DNA of 62,918 bases from a virus (lineage: Duplodnaviria; Caudoviricetes): IMG/VR virus record IMGVR_UViG_3300048848_000227, positions 1-62,918 of that record; one strand, given 5' to 3'. Shown here piece after piece: positions 1 through 10,250 of this stretch. Both the position numbers and the translations under genes were made by a program. The notes under the pieces were generated by a model that did no database searches, was not told the DNA's origin, and saw only the letters and a list, made by a program, of their open reading frames with translations. Positions within the stretch are counted from its first letter, which is position 1. The number at the start of each line of letters is the position of its first letter.

Positions 1-1797
1 TCAGAAGGCTGCTGCGTCCAGTGCCATCAGCGTATCCGCTCCCGCTTCGATGCGCGAGCGGCGAAGAGCGGTTTCCGGCAGGATACGGTCCATGAAGAAG
101 GTGGCCGTGACCAGCTTGTTCTTCAGAAACGTCTCGCGGCCATCCGCGCCGGATGAGAGCAGATCCTGCGCCGTCTTTGCCATCTTCGCCCACATGTAGC
201 CGAGCACGACAAGCCCGCTCAGATGCATGTAATCGGTCGAGCCGGCACCGGCATTGTCGGGCTTGGCCATGGCGTTCGACATGAACCACATGGAGGCTGA
301 CTGCAGGTCGTTCAGGCTCTTCTTCAGCGCCTTGGTAAAGGGCGCCATCTGTTCGCTGCTGCGGTTCTCCTCGCAGAAGTCGCCGATCTCCTTGAACAGC
401 GCCATGATGGCCCGGCCACCGTTCAGGCCGAGCTTGCGCCCGACGAGGTCCAGCGCCTGGATGCCGTTCGCGCCCTCGTAGATCATGGCGATGCGGGCGT
501 CGCGGACATACTGGCTCATGCCGTGCTCCTCGATATAGCCGTGCCCGCCAAAGACCTGCTGCGCCATGACGGCATGGTCGAAGCCGCGATCCGTCAGCAC
601 ACCCTTGAGGATGGGCGTCACGAGGCCCAGCACGTCGTCGGCCGTCTGGCGCTCGGCCTCGTCGCCTGCGCGGTGGGCAATATCGGACTTCAGCGCGGTC
701 CACAGCGTGAAGGCGCGGCTGGCTTCGTTGAAGGCGCGGATGGTCATGAGAACGCGGCGAATGTCAGGGTGCACGATCAGAGGATCGGCCTTTTTCTCGG
801 GTGCCTTGGCACCGGAGAGGGACCGGCCCTGCAGCCGTTCGCGCGCATAGGCGACCGCGTTCTGGTAAGCGGTTTCCGATACGGACAGCCCCTGCAGGCC
901 CACCCCGAGCCGTGCTTCGTTCATCATCACGAACATTGCGTTCAAGCCGCGATTGGCCGCGCCGATCAGGTATCCTGTCGCGTCATCGTAATTCATGACG
1001 CAGGTGGAGTTGCCGTGAATGCCCATCTTGTGCTCGATGGCACCGCAGGTCGCGCCGTTGCGCGCGGCGAGGTTTCCCTCGGCATCCACCACGAATTTCG
1101 GCACGATGAACAGGGAAATGCCTTTCGTGCCCTCCGGCGCACCCTCGATGCGGGCCAGCACGAGATGAATGATATTGTCGGCCATATCGTGCTCGCCGGC
1201 CGAGATGAAGATCTTCTGGCCGGAGATTTTGTAGCTGCCATCCGGCTGGGGCACGGCCTTGGTGCGCAACAGGCCGAGATCGGTTCCGCAATGCGGCTCC
1301 GTCAGGTTCATCGTCCCGGTCCAGTCGCCGGAAATCATCTTGGGCAGGTACGTCGCCTTCTGCTCGTCGGTGCCGTGCTCGATGATCGCCGCAATCGCGC
1401 CCTGCGTCAGACCGGGATACATGGTCAGCGACATATTGGCGGACGACATATACTCGCCGACAGCCGTGTGCAGCGTATAGGGTAAGCCCTGACCGCCGAA
1501 CTCCTCCGGCGCGGCAAGCCCCAGCCAACCACTTGCCCGGTAAAGATCGTAAGCCTCACGGAACCCTTTAGGGGTCGTTACCGAGCCATCGGCATGACGC
1601 ACGCAGCCTTCCCGGTCGCCCGAGAGATTGAGGGGAAACAACACCTCTTCGGCAAGCTTGGCCGCTTCACCGACGATGGCTTCCAGCATGTCGGGCGAGA
1701 CGTCGGAAAAGCCGGGCAGATTGTTGTACCGCTCGATGCCCAGCACGTCGTTGAGAATGAATAGCGTGTCGTCAACCGGAGCCTTGTAGATCGGCAT
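1..1797 (-). CDS. acyl-CoA dehydrogenase (host gene)
   Basis: Motifs [47 protein letters not shown]; start MPIYKAP after a GGGAGG RBS. Confidence 0.95.
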   Translation of the reverse strand: MPIYKAPVDDTLFILNDVLGIERYNNLPGFSDVSPDMLEAIVGEAAKLAEEVLFPLNLSGDREGCVRHADGSVTTPKGFREAYDLYRASGWLGLAAPEEFGGQGLPYTLHTAVGEYMSSANMSLTMYPGLTQGAIAAIIEHGTDEQKATYLPKMISGDWTGTMNLTEPHCGTDLGLLRTKAVPQPDGSYKISGQKIFISAGEHDMADNIIHLVLARIEGAPEGTKGISLFIVPKFVVDAEGNLAARNGATCGAIEHKMGIHGNSTCVMNYDDATGYLIGAANRGLNAMFVMMNEARLGVGLQGLSVSETAYQNAVAYARERLQGRSLSGAKAPEKKADPLIVHPDIRRVLMTIRAFNEASRAFTLWTALKSDIAHRAGDEAERQTADDVLGLVTPILKGVLTDRGFDHAVMAQQVFGGHGYIEEHGMSQYVRDARIAMIYEGANGIQALDLVGRKLGLNGGRAIMALFKEIGDFCEENRSSEQMAPFTKALKKSLNDLQSASMWFMSNAMAKPDNAGAGSTDYMHLSGLVVLGYMWAKMAKTAQDLLSSGADGRETFLKNKLVTATFFMDRILPETALRRSRIEAGADTLMALDAAAF

Positions 1798-1997
1798 CGT
1801 TGGTCTTCCTCCCTGCGGCCTGGCCTCTCGGGCCATTGATGCCGCCAGTCTATAAAAAACTGACGTGCGCGTAAACGTCAAAATAGAGCAAGAGGCTGAT
1901 TTGAGCGATCGGCGGCGGACACATTTGCGACAGAAGGCGTCAAAGCCCGGGAAATTCGACCGCGGCCATCAAATCCAGCATTTGGTTAACGGCTTGT

Positions 1998-2064
1998 TAG
2001 CGTTGTTTGCATCTAAGATATTGAATTGATTATGCAGCGTTATCTAGCGTTACCGAGTGCGTTA
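1998..2064 (+). repeat. Short direct repeats, candidate integrase arm-type sites
   Basis: GCGTT(A/G) at 2000, 2037, 2047 and 2059, just past the integrase stop in an AT-rich segment. Confidence 0.45.
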
Positions 2065-3255
2065 TTGGGTGCTTTTTCGCTTGGAAACGCGAGCATCAGC
2101 AAAGCGTTCGGCCGCCTCAAGGTTGGCTCGATCGTAGACCGCGGCCGTGGTCTTTGTGCTGGCGTGGCCCGCAACCTTTGACGCGTCGTCCGTCGATATG
2201 CCTGCGGCCCGCGCCTCTGTGATCCCGCTCGCTCGCAAATCACGCGCCCACACCTTTGATGAGATACCCGCCGCCGCCCGGTCCTTCCCCCACTTCTCTC
2301 CGAACCAATTGGAGAAGTAGGGCTCGCCCGTTCCCTCGTAAACGACGATGGGCCCACTGCGATCGGCTTCTGGCCAGTGTGCCAACTCTTCCATAACCAT
2401 GGGCGCCCGCGACAAAGGGAACGTAATCGACATGCCTGTCTTCTGCGAGGTCTTCGACGGCATGAACCGAATGACCAGGCTGTCATCGATATCTTCCCAT
2501 CGCACACCAAACCACTTCTTCTTCAGCCGAGGCCGCATGACGTCACTGATGCCAGGGGAGTCAATTGGAACCCACTGGCCTATAACGTCCCAGAGCCGCA
2601 GCGTCGTTTCGAATACCAGCGCGTACGCAAGCGCAGATGATGGCCGCCCGTCAGCATGTGCCGCCGCGCGTAGCATCGCCACTTGGTTCGCAGTCACGGT
2701 CTGCTCTCGTCGCCTCGGGTTCGGCAGCTTCCTGCTTGTGACCTTTAGAACCTCCCTGAGATCCACGCATGCTGGCAGGCGACACATGATCCCATAAGAA
2801 ACTGCCGCATCCAGAACCGCGCGCATCATCTTTGAGGCGGCAAGCTTCTCGCCGTCATTCGACCATGCCTTATGCCACCGCTTTAAGTCGACGCCGTTTA
2901 TCTTATCCAGCCGCCTGTCTCCGACCTCCTGCATGAGCCTGGAGATGTAGAAATCGTACGGGTGCCTTGAGCCGGGCCGCAGGCTAAAGTACGGGCTGTC
3001 CGGCTCTGTGTGGTACTTGGACAGAAGAGTCCGCAAGGTGCCGTCAAATGAAACGGTGCGGTCGCGTATGCCGACCTTCCAGGCGTTCATCTCGGCCTGC
3101 AGCAAGGCGCACTTAGCGGCCATCTGTTCCGGCTCGTCACGAAGGTGGGCGAGGTTCACGGTGGCGGGCTCATAGCCTGAAACGGACGCCACCCAAGTGG
3201 GCGTCCGGCTTGCGCGTCGTTGGATCCACTTTAAACCCGGCGCTTTGATTTCCAT
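2062..3255 (-). CDS. int: Tyrosine recombinase / phage integrase
   Basis: 397 aa; R in TTLRLWD, ARDLRASG, AGH and VY catalytic-type motifs; lies at the prophage edge. Confidence 0.9.
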   Translation of the reverse strand: MEIKAPGLKWIQRRASRTPTWVASVSGYEPATVNLAHLRDEPEQMAAKCALLQAEMNAWKVGIRDRTVSFDGTLRTLLSKYHTEPDSPYFSLRPGSRHPYDFYISRLMQEVGDRRLDKINGVDLKRWHKAWSNDGEKLAASKMMRAVLDAAVSYGIMCRLPACVDLREVLKVTSRKLPNPRRREQTVTANQVAMLRAAAHADGRPSSALAYALVFETTLRLWDVIGQWVPIDSPGISDVMRPRLKKKWFGVRWEDIDDSLVIRFMPSKTSQKTGMSITFPLSRAPMVMEELAHWPEADRSGPIVVYEGTGEPYFSNWFGEKWGKDRAAAGISSKVWARDLRASGITEARAAGISTDDASKVAGHASTKTTAAVYDRANLEAAERFADARVSKRKSTQ

Positions 3256-3545
3256 TGACCCAACCTTTCTTCACCATCAGGCGCGGCCGCCGCAAAGCCT
3301 GCCGTGATTCCAAAGTAACCGTCGTAGAATTTTCTCACCAGCGGCACTGGCCGGCCGTCGTGAAGCGGGTCAACCTTCGGGAAGCCCTTCCGCTCGAGCT
3401 GCGGAATGACGACCCTTACCCACATCACGGCTCGTTCTTTGCCAACCACAGCCACTGCCAGCTGCTTGTCCGTCGCGAACATTGGCAATCTTGCAAACGG
3501 GTCATCAAGCGCCGGCCCATTGTCGTTGTCATGCGATCTTGTCAC
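3231..3545 (-). CDS. Small protein upstream of int, possible excisionase
   Basis: GTG start overlapping the upstream stop with GGAGG RBS; GFPKVDPLHDGR resembles winged-helix Xis-like proteins; position. Confidence 0.5.
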   Translation of the reverse strand: MTRSHDNDNGPALDDPFARLPMFATDKQLAVAVVGKERAVMWVRVVIPQLERKGFPKVDPLHDGRPVPLVRKFYDGYFGITAGFAAAAPDGEERLGQWKSKRRV

Positions 3546-3844
3546 TCTCCCTCCTCCTTCTGTAGGGCTGCACGGCCTGCGACAGGCGCATGAAGGCGGT
3601 TCCACCACTCCATGACGTTGTATGCCCAGCCGCTTAGGCGCTGTTCGTCAATGATGCAGCCTAGTGAAGGCCGATGCTTCTGAGCGCCCTCGCAGCGGAT
3701 GAAATACCCCCAGCCAGAAACCGCGTCGGTGATCTTCGCGCTATTGCCGCAAAGCTTGCACGGAACGCACAGCGCCTGCGCGTCTATCATGGCCTCATGG
3801 TGGGTGAGCTGCCTACGGCGATTTAGCTCGTTTCGGTCGCTCAT
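3542..3844 (-). CDS. Lar-like (restriction alleviation) Zn-finger protein
   Basis: PCKLCG...YFIRC...WWNR pattern. Confidence 0.5.
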   Translation of the reverse strand: MSDRNELNRRRQLTHHEAMIDAQALCVPCKLCGNSAKITDAVSGWGYFIRCEGAQKHRPSLGCIIDEQRLSGWAYNVMEWWNRLHAPVAGRAALQKEEGE

Positions 3845-4938
3845 TCCCCACCCCCATCTCTATCGGGTGCTTTGAGGGTGGGTGTCTCCCGTTCCTGGGG
3901 CGGCGGGTCCATGACCTCGCTGTAGGGATAGGTGCTGATCTTTCCGTCCGGGATCTCGTCGCCTGTATCAAGATCGACAACCGGCGCTCCGTCCAGGCAT
4001 TCGGCATGGCAGCTGCCCATCTCGATATCGGTGGCGCAAATATCGGCCGGGTTGAACGCTTCGGCGCAGATCGGGCAGCGGCCGATATCGTCGGCTATCG
4101 TTTCGGGCTCTGGCAGAGGGCGGACCTCTCCTGTCGCTCGACCGTCCTCACCGCGCACCGCATAGTGGCCGTCTGGGACCGTGAAGGTTTGCCGCGTCTC
4201 GTTGCTCGGTTTCGGTTGGGGCGATGGAATCAACGACGCTGCGACTGTTCGCAAAGTCGCAGTGTCGATCCCCATGTCGAACGGCTGCGTCTTGTGCTTT
4301 CGATGAAGCGCGTCGATGTAGCTGGCGCAATCCTCCAGAAGAAACCGCGCCCGCACATTCGGTTGGGGCGCTGGTGGGGTTGCTGACGCCTTGCCCGCCT
4401 GAAAGGCGCGGACGATCTGCGAAAGGTTGTAGTGAAAGGAGCCGTCATCGCGGCGGATTGCCATACAGTTACTCGTCACCCACTCGATAGCCTCGTCATC
4501 GGCGCGATCGAGCAGTTCGAGTGGCCGCACATCTGCCTGGGGTGATGGGGCCGCTGGTGTTTCCTCCCCCTGTGGGGAGGTGAGGGCTGAGAGGATGCGC
4601 TTTTCGTAATCCGCTTGAGCGGCAGCTTTGGCTTCCTCAATGTTCTTGCTTTCGCCGCCCGGCCATTCGTATTGACCGTCGCTGACATCGTTGGAGAAGC
4701 CCCAACTGACACGACCCCTCCGCCAACCCACCCTGTACGCTCCAAAAGGGGTCAGAGCGGCATCGCAATCGGCCTCTTCTTTCCACTCCAGCGCCTTCAC
4801 CACCGCCCCGACGTTGACGGCGGGGTTGGGGGTGCGAGACAGGGCGGCGTTGATTTCTTCCGCATCAGCAGCGGAAACGGCTTTCCAATAGTCACCGCAC
4901 CAGTTTCGGCGGATCAGGTCGATCAGCTTCTCATTCAT
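3841..4938 (-). CDS. Hypothetical multi-domain early protein
   Basis: Long ORF coupled to its neighbours; CPIC..C..CHAEC cluster; start MNEKL after AGGAG. Confidence 0.7.
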   Translation of the reverse strand: MNEKLIDLIRRNWCGDYWKAVSAADAEEINAALSRTPNPAVNVGAVVKALEWKEEADCDAALTPFGAYRVGWRRGRVSWGFSNDVSDGQYEWPGGESKNIEEAKAAAQADYEKRILSALTSPQGEETPAAPSPQADVRPLELLDRADDEAIEWVTSNCMAIRRDDGSFHYNLSQIVRAFQAGKASATPPAPQPNVRARFLLEDCASYIDALHRKHKTQPFDMGIDTATLRTVAASLIPSPQPKPSNETRQTFTVPDGHYAVRGEDGRATGEVRPLPEPETIADDIGRCPICAEAFNPADICATDIEMGSCHAECLDGAPVVDLDTGDEIPDGKISTYPYSEVMDPPPQERETPTLKAPDRDGGGE

Positions 4939-5330
4939 GGCATTTTCTCCTGAAGGGCGGATCGGGCTTTGCGTAGATCCCCAAACGTAATGCGGATCTG
5001 TGACCCTTGATGCAGGGCAACCCAAATAGGGTCATCGCTGCTGTGCCCGTCGTAAACCACTGACGCCTCCGCAAACGGCTTCAGCGCCTTCTCCATCCTC
5101 TCCACACGCGACAGCAGAGCGGCGTTCTCGGCGGTGGCGGTCGCATATGCCAAGGTACGATTGTACACCTCTTCAATAAGTGCTTCGACGGTGGAGGCGG
5201 AGTAGAGGGGCTCGAAATTCTCGAGATCAGCACCGTCGTCAGGGGCGCAGTTCGCGAACTTCCATTCACCATAGTCTCCCTCAGTCCAACGGTAGGAAAC
5301 CGGTTCTGTCTTCTCCACCGGGCTATTCAT
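4935..5330 (-). CDS. Hypothetical phage protein
   Basis: ORF in the coupled leftward operon; start MNSPV after AGGAG. Confidence 0.65.
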   Translation of the reverse strand: MNSPVEKTEPVSYRWTEGDYGEWKFANCAPDDGADLENFEPLYSASTVEALIEEVYNRTLAYATATAENAALLSRVERMEKALKPFAEASVVYDGHSSDDPIWVALHQGSQIRITFGDLRKARSALQEKMP

Positions 5331-5631
5331 GATGGGCTCCTGTAGTGGGGGTGGATTGGCGAATAGCTCTGGCTGCTCCACGCGTTGCGTCTCGATATCC
5401 GTCCGTCCAATCCATCTCACTATGGTGCCCGGATCGACCATTCCCCCGGTCATCGAAATGACATTCCGCGATCTTCGCGCACCGCTCGCGCTCGGCCATG
5501 ATGGCGCGGGCGATGATGACGGTCAGGTTGTCAGTGACGCTCGACCGCGCATAGTCAGCGTGGGCCTTCCGCGCCGCCTCCATCACGTCCTCGGGTATCG
5601 CAATCCCTGTGGTGGTGTCTTGGGTCATCAC
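5323..5631 (-). CDS. Hypothetical phage protein
   Basis: ERERCAKIAE motif typical of small phage proteins; overlaps neighbours. Confidence 0.65.
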   Translation of the reverse strand: MMTQDTTTGIAIPEDVMEAARKAHADYARSSVTDNLTVIIARAIMAERERCAKIAECHFDDRGNGRSGHHSEMDWTDGYRDATRGAARAIRQSTPTTGAHHE

Positions 5632-5804
5632 ACAGCACCCCGCAGCATGGCATACGGCCGGCTTTCCTGATCGACGACATCAGCAAGGCGCGTCTGCGCC
5701 TCAAGCTGCAGGGCGGCCACCGTGAAGGCGAGAACCGCGATCCCAGCGCCAACGACGGCCCATGCCTGGTTGGCCAGCAGGACGGCTTGGTTGCGGGCGC
5801 TCAT
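5628..5804 (-). CDS. Small membrane protein
   Basis: MSARNQ... with one hydrophobic helix; stop/start overlaps. Confidence 0.5.
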   Translation of the reverse strand: MSARNQAVLLANQAWAVVGAGIAVLAFTVAALQLEAQTRLADVVDQESRPYAMLRGAV

Positions 5805-5904
5805 AGTACGCGCTCCGGCTTCGCGGGGGCAGACAGGCGCAGGTGGCGCAGAAGAATGAGGACGAGTGCGAGCGGCACGATCGTCGCGAAGGTGAGGTAG
5901 AGGG

Positions 5905-6099
5905 TCATGACCGGCCCTCCGCATCGGCGATGGCTGCGATGTCCTCGAGGTGGCCGATTGCAATCATGCAATTCGCATCATAAGCCGCCCGCGTCTTGAC
6001 CGGAACGACGACGAAGGAGAGGTGCGACTTGGCAAGAGCTTGCGCAATCTTCAGCTGATGGCGAATCTCTTGCACGCTGGTGTTCTGGTAATTGCTCAT
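5905..6099 (-). CDS. Hypothetical protein
   Basis: 64 aa ORF with ATGA overlaps. Confidence 0.55.
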   Translation of the reverse strand: MSNYQNTSVQEIRHQLKIAQALAKSHLSFVVVPVKTRAAYDANCMIAIGHLEDIAAIADAEGRS

Positions 6100-6233
6100 A
6101 CCGCACCGCCTTTGCCGCCCTTACGAGGGCGCGGGTGCTTCTTGGCTTTGTGGTCGGCTTTGCGGAATGGCTCAACGCTGCCGGCGGCATTCGTCGACGG
6201 CACGTGGTGCTCGTCGGTGGTCGGTCTTCTCAT
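6096..6233 (-). CDS. Small basic protein, first gene of the leftward operon
   Basis: Preceded by the phage-typical CACCACCGAGGAGACCACACC-ATG leader. Confidence 0.55.
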   Translation of the reverse strand: MRRPTTDEHHVPSTNAAGSVEPFRKADHKAKKHPRPRKGGKGGAV

Positions 6234-6440
6234 GGTGTGGTCTCCTCGGTGGTGCGCCGTTGGTGATAGGCGTGAGGAGGTATGTAGAGGAAACCGACAC
6301 ATTAAGCAATAGGGTGTAGCGAAAAACGATACGGCCTTTAGGACTAAAGGCCCTCATTATAGTTAGCGATTGTAAACTTTTTGGTAACACTCATCATACC
6401 AGTTCGATCTTGGTGATCGAAGAGGGAGAGAGTTAAAATA

Positions 6441-6638
6441 ATGATAATGACAAAAAGCAACGCGGCAACACAGTTCGCTAAGTTCGCTGCTCTGCCCCGT
6501 GAAGAAAGACGCGCAGCCCTTCTCGTAATGGAATGCCTGGCGTGCCGCAGATTTAGGCTGTGCGAAGTTGGGCGAGAATGTCGTCTAAGACCTCGTCAAC
6601 TGATTGGTCAGCGCCGCCCGGATTGCCCACCTGGCTGA
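6441..6638 (+). CDS. Hypothetical small protein overlapping an antisense HTH gene
   Basis: GAGGGAG RBS upstream; 65 aa. Confidence 0.4.
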   Translation: MIMTKSNAATQFAKFAALPREERRAALLVMECLACRRFRLCEVGRECRLRPRQLIGQRRPDCPPG

Positions 6639-7035
6639 GTTTAGCCGAGAACGACTCGAACTGTTGGCGCTCCGATAACGGCACGACCGAAACGGGCACG
6701 ACGTCAAACGCTATGCCAAGCAGCTCGGAATCAGAGGCTCCCATCATTTTCGCGGACGACAGGGCGCTTTGCACCAGGGCGGTCCACTCCACCTCGCCAG
6801 ACGGTGAGGTGGGGAGAGGGTAGCCGGTTGCGTGGGATATCTGGACCATCTCCAAAGCAGACAGGACGCGCTCCTTCTTTTCTGGAGCCCCACTCTTCTT
6901 CATGCGCGACAGCTTCATCTCAGCCGATCGATGGTTGTGAGACCACTCGACAGGGTAATGATGAGACAGATAGCGGGCAATATCCGCCTGGGATTTGTCC
7001 GCGTGCTCCAGAGCTTTTTCAAACCAATCGATCAT
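6553..7035 (-). CDS. XRE-like HTH regulator (second repressor-like gene)
   Basis: MIDWFEKAL...SQADIARYL...LSRMKK...RVLSALEMVQISHATG is HTH-like. Confidence 0.6.
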   Translation of the reverse strand: MIDWFEKALEHADKSQADIARYLSHHYPVEWSHNHRSAEMKLSRMKKSGAPEKKERVLSALEMVQISHATGYPLPTSPSGEVEWTALVQSALSSAKMMGASDSELLGIAFDVVPVSVVPLSERQQFESFSAKLSQVGNPGGADQSVDEVLDDILAQLRTA

Positions 7036-7651
7036 GGAAACGCCTGTAGCAAAAGCCGCAACAGAAATCTGTATATATTTTCGCAACAAGCTATTGCACC
7101 TTGTGTCGAATCCGTCTACAAACGGGTCAAGAACAACAAAAAGACGGCCTACCCCGGCGCTCCCAAGCCGGCACAAACAAAATCAGAGCCCGACAAGGCC
7201 AACTCACAGGAGATGCGCGATGAAGAACCTGAAAGCCGCCGACAGAAGAAGATTTGTTGCGGGCGGCACTGGCCCGCCAAGAAGATACTAAGGGGCAGGG
7301 AGGCTGCCCCGCCATCTTCAGCAAGTCCACCCGAGGGCGGGTGGATCATGGTGGAGATTTCCACATCATTGAAATGCAGGGGGAACTAAAATGAAGTCGC
7401 TCAGAAACACAAAGACGTCACGACTGAAGCAGATTTGAAGCGTTGTTCGCGAAGCGGGCAGCGCTATTTTTCGTTGCCTGCGCAGCTTGCAAATCCATCC
7501 AGAAACAGCCGACCCGGAGGTCGCCACCACGCGCTTCGCGGCTGTTTTCTGGAGGTCCTACTACCCCACCGAGGAGTCTGGCGCCATGGCGCACAGGCAA
7601 GCAGGGGCTCGATTCCCGACACCACATCGGGCATGTGAAACCTACCACGTT

Positions 7652-8257
7652 TTACATCTTTGTCAAAGGCTTTCGCGCTGCAATGCGCTCGCTGAGGAGA
7701 ATGGGATGCACCGCAACAACATTGGCAAGCGTCACCAGCTCGCCGTTGTATCGTTGCAGCTTTCCATCCTCACCCTTACGCACACCGATGCCCTGCCACA
7801 CACCGACCCAGGCAAGCCCGTCAGCGGTGTGCGCGATCACCTCGTTGCCCACAACCGGCCGGGCCGGCGCCGCGAGCACACGGCCTCCTACGGGCAGGCC
7901 GGGCTCCATGACCCGCGTGTCGATTCGCATAGCGTACGGCGCCGTCGGTACGGATCGAAAGCGCCACTTGCCCAGCTTGCGGTTCGCGATCTTGCCAAGC
8001 AGCGGGACGCCAGCAAAAGGGTCAGGCGCTGCATCGTCGAAGGCGGCTCGCAACTCTTCCCGCGTCAGGCCGAGCCACTTGGCGATCGTCGGGTGGAAGA
8101 CGTCATCGGGCACGCGCTTGCGGATCCAGTTCGACACGTTCTGCTGGCTGACGTGGCTGCCGTGAATGGCGGTCAGTTCTTCGGCGATGACGCGCAGCGG
8201 CAACTTGCGCCGCTCGCGTTCAGCTTGGATCATTTTGCCTAACTTTGAAGAGGTCAC
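7652..8257 (-). CDS. CI-like repressor: XRE HTH plus degenerate S24-like domain
   Basis: VSQQNVSNWIRKRVP HTH; YAMRIDTRVMEPGL S24-like; divergent from a Cro-like gene; start GTG 8257 or ATG 8233. Confidence 0.75.
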   Translation of the reverse strand: MTSSKLGKMIQAERERRKLPLRVIAEELTAIHGSHVSQQNVSNWIRKRVPDDVFHPTIAKWLGLTREELRAAFDDAAPDPFAGVPLLGKIANRKLGKWRFRSVPTAPYAMRIDTRVMEPGLPVGGRVLAAPARPVVGNEVIAHTADGLAWVGVWQGIGVRKGEDGKLQRYNGELVTLANVVAVHPILLSERIAARKPLTKM

Positions 8258-8266
8258 GTTTGCACC

Positions 8267-8295
8267 TTGACAAATTTGTAAAACGGTCTTAATTT
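8267..8295 (+). promoter_or_regulatory. Sigma70 promoter/operator, copy 1 (PR-like)
   Basis: TTGACA-17bp-TAATTT; 20-mer TTGACAAATTTGTAAAACGG repeated 4x. Confidence 0.8.
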
Positions 8296-8353
8296 CACAA
8301 ACCTTGCGACGTGTCAACCAACGCACCGCAAGCACCACACCAGAGGAGACTAT

Positions 8354-8680
8354 ATGACCCAGATTACCAGCGAGCTGCTGGCGGATATGCACGCGCGCCG
8401 CATTGCCGGCGAAACTGTCGCGGATATCGCAGCCAGATATGACGTCAAACCGATGACGATCTACCAGGCATTCCGTCGTGCCCATGGCGGCACGCCTCTT
8501 CCCGGCCCCGCCAACGACAACAATCCCAACCGCGTTACGCGCATGTCGGCCCGCAATGGCGGCTGCTCGACCACTTCTGGCCTTGTGCCCTGCACCTTGG
8601 TGCGCATTCCGTCGATCGACGGGCCGGCTGGTCACGAAGGCGACGGCGGCCAGCGCCAGCCGCTGCAGGTGGCAGCATGA
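8354..8680 (+). CDS. Cro-like HTH protein
   Basis: GETVADIAARYDVKPMTIYQAF HTH; GAGGAG RBS; internal PANDN and C-terminal LQVAA. Confidence 0.75.
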   Translation: MTQITSELLADMHARRIAGETVADIAARYDVKPMTIYQAFRRAHGGTPLPGPANDNNPNRVTRMSARNGGCSTTSGLVPCTLVRIPSIDGPAGHEGDGGQRQPLQVAA

Positions 8681-8955
8681 GCGGCTGCGAATGCACTTCC
8701 TTTGAGGAAGGCGACTGGGTCGAATGCGCCCTCAACCCTGACTTCTTCGGCATCATCCTGAATGAAAGCGACTTTGGCCGCTACTACACCGTTCAGCTCG
8801 CCGTCTCCCTCGAGATCCGCAGCTTCCATTGGGCCACGCTCCGGCACGCGCCTGAATACGAAGAGTCAGGCGGCGATCCGCCCGTCGGCGCACGCAAGGA
8901 CAACGTCATTGTGGTGCACTTCGGTGCAGATACGGAAACGAAGGGGGCTGCGTGA
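8677..8955 (+). CDS. Hypothetical protein (SH3/KOW-like)
   Basis: FEEGDWV..; coupled ORF. Confidence 0.65.
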   Translation: MSGCECTSFEEGDWVECALNPDFFGIILNESDFGRYYTVQLAVSLEIRSFHWATLRHAPEYEESGGDPPVGARKDNVIVVHFGADTETKGAA

Positions 8956-10250
8956 TGTTTACTTGCAAAAAAGTCGACAAGATCAGAGCACTTAAAAGCT
9001 TTGCCGGCGAGTTTACGCGCGGCCGGGAATACGTCGTCAGCGCGGCTAGCGAGCACAGCGTCTCCGTAGAGCTCGACGATAAAGGCTCCACGACAAATGG
9101 ATGGGCGAAAGACTGCTTCGAACTCGTCCAGCCCGAACCAAAGTGGGTGCCGAAGGTTGGCGACCGGGTGCGGTTTACGAACGAGGTTCCTGATTATTGG
9201 TTCTTCGGGCCCATGAGCTCCAACAAGGAAGGAGTTGTGACTGACGTCGGCGACGAGACAAGCGCGCTGTACATCACCGTTGATGTCGGCAAAGATGGGA
9301 CTGGCTTCGTCGGCCTTGAGCACATCGGACCCGCCCACACAACCATCCCCACCCCCACCTTCGCAATCGGCACCAAGGTCCGCATGACGCAAGACGTCCC
9401 GCCGTTCGCCAAGAAGGGCGACGAGGGCGTCGTTGTTGGAGGCCCTGACGTCGACGGTCATCTGCGGGTGGAGTACGCGACGGGCGGCGTTGCTGGCGAG
9501 GTTCACTTCGCCGAGCCGGGGCAGCTGGAGGCTGTTGCGGGGCTACGGATCGAGGCCGGTAAGTTCTACAAGACGCGGGATGGGCGGAAGGTTGGGCCGA
9601 TGGTGGCCTATGAGGGTTTTCTGGTCGGCAGCGGCTTGCACTACGCTTCGGACGGTGAATGCTGCTATCACGGCAAAAGCAACCGGCGCTCGTTCCCGAA
9701 AAGCGACCTCATCGCCGAATGGGCCGACGAACCCGCCGCAACTGCCGAAGCGGCGACGCCGAAGTTCAAGGTGGGGGATGCCATCCGGCACAAGGAGCTT
9801 GGTTACGTCGGCTTTGTGAAAGAGGTTCGGCCTGACGGCGCGGTGAAAACCTTCTGGACGAAACAAGGATGGGGAGGAACTGACCGGGCTGACGAGATCG
9901 AACTTATCACGGCGGCTCCAGCACCCACCACCCCCGCAATCGTCGCCCTCATCACCAACGGCACCCCGCTCCCCAGCGCAAGCCCCAAGGTGCACGCCTC
10001 GCAAGAAGCAGCCGGCACCGAAGCGGCCCGCCTTGCTGAAGAGCATAAAGGCCAGAAGTTCGGCGTGTTCGTCCTTGCCGACACCAAGGAGGTCGCCAAA
10101 ACGTACGAGCATGAATGGCAGCGGCTTGCGGCGGGAGGCGACAAGATCCTGGCGATCAAGGCCATCCGCGCGCTGACGGGCTTCGGCCTGAAGGCGTCAA
10201 AGGACGGCATCGAAGACTGGCTCGACCGATACGTTCGGCGCGCCGCCTAA
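8952..10250 (+). CDS. Multi-domain protein with repeated SH3/KOW-like modules and a C-terminal L7/L12-CTD-like domain
   Basis: KVGDRVR, AIGTKVR and KVGDAIR modules; GDKILAIKAIRALTGFGLKASKD. Confidence 0.75.
   Translation: MMFTCKKVDKIRALKSFAGEFTRGREYVVSAASEHSVSVELDDKGSTTNGWAKDCFELVQPEPKWVPKVGDRVRFTNEVPDYWFFGPMSSNKEGVVTDVGDETSALYITVDVGKDGTGFVGLEHIGPAHTTIPTPTFAIGTKVRMTQDVPPFAKKGDEGVVVGGPDVDGHLRVEYATGGVAGEVHFAEPGQLEAVAGLRIEAGKFYKTRDGRKVGPMVAYEGFLVGSGLHYASDGECCYHGKSNRRSFPKSDLIAEWADEPAATAEAATPKFKVGDAIRHKELGYVGFVKEVRPDGAVKTFWTKQGWGGTDRADEIELITAAPAPTTPAIVALITNGTPLPSASPKVHASQEAAGTEAARLAEEHKGQKFGVFVLADTKEVAKTYEHEWQRLAAGGDKILAIKAIRALTGFGLKASKDGIEDWLDRYVRRAA

Noticed and set aside
7570-7632. GGGG-CTCGATT-CCC T-loop-like hairpin
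   Set aside because: No convincing acceptor or D stems around it
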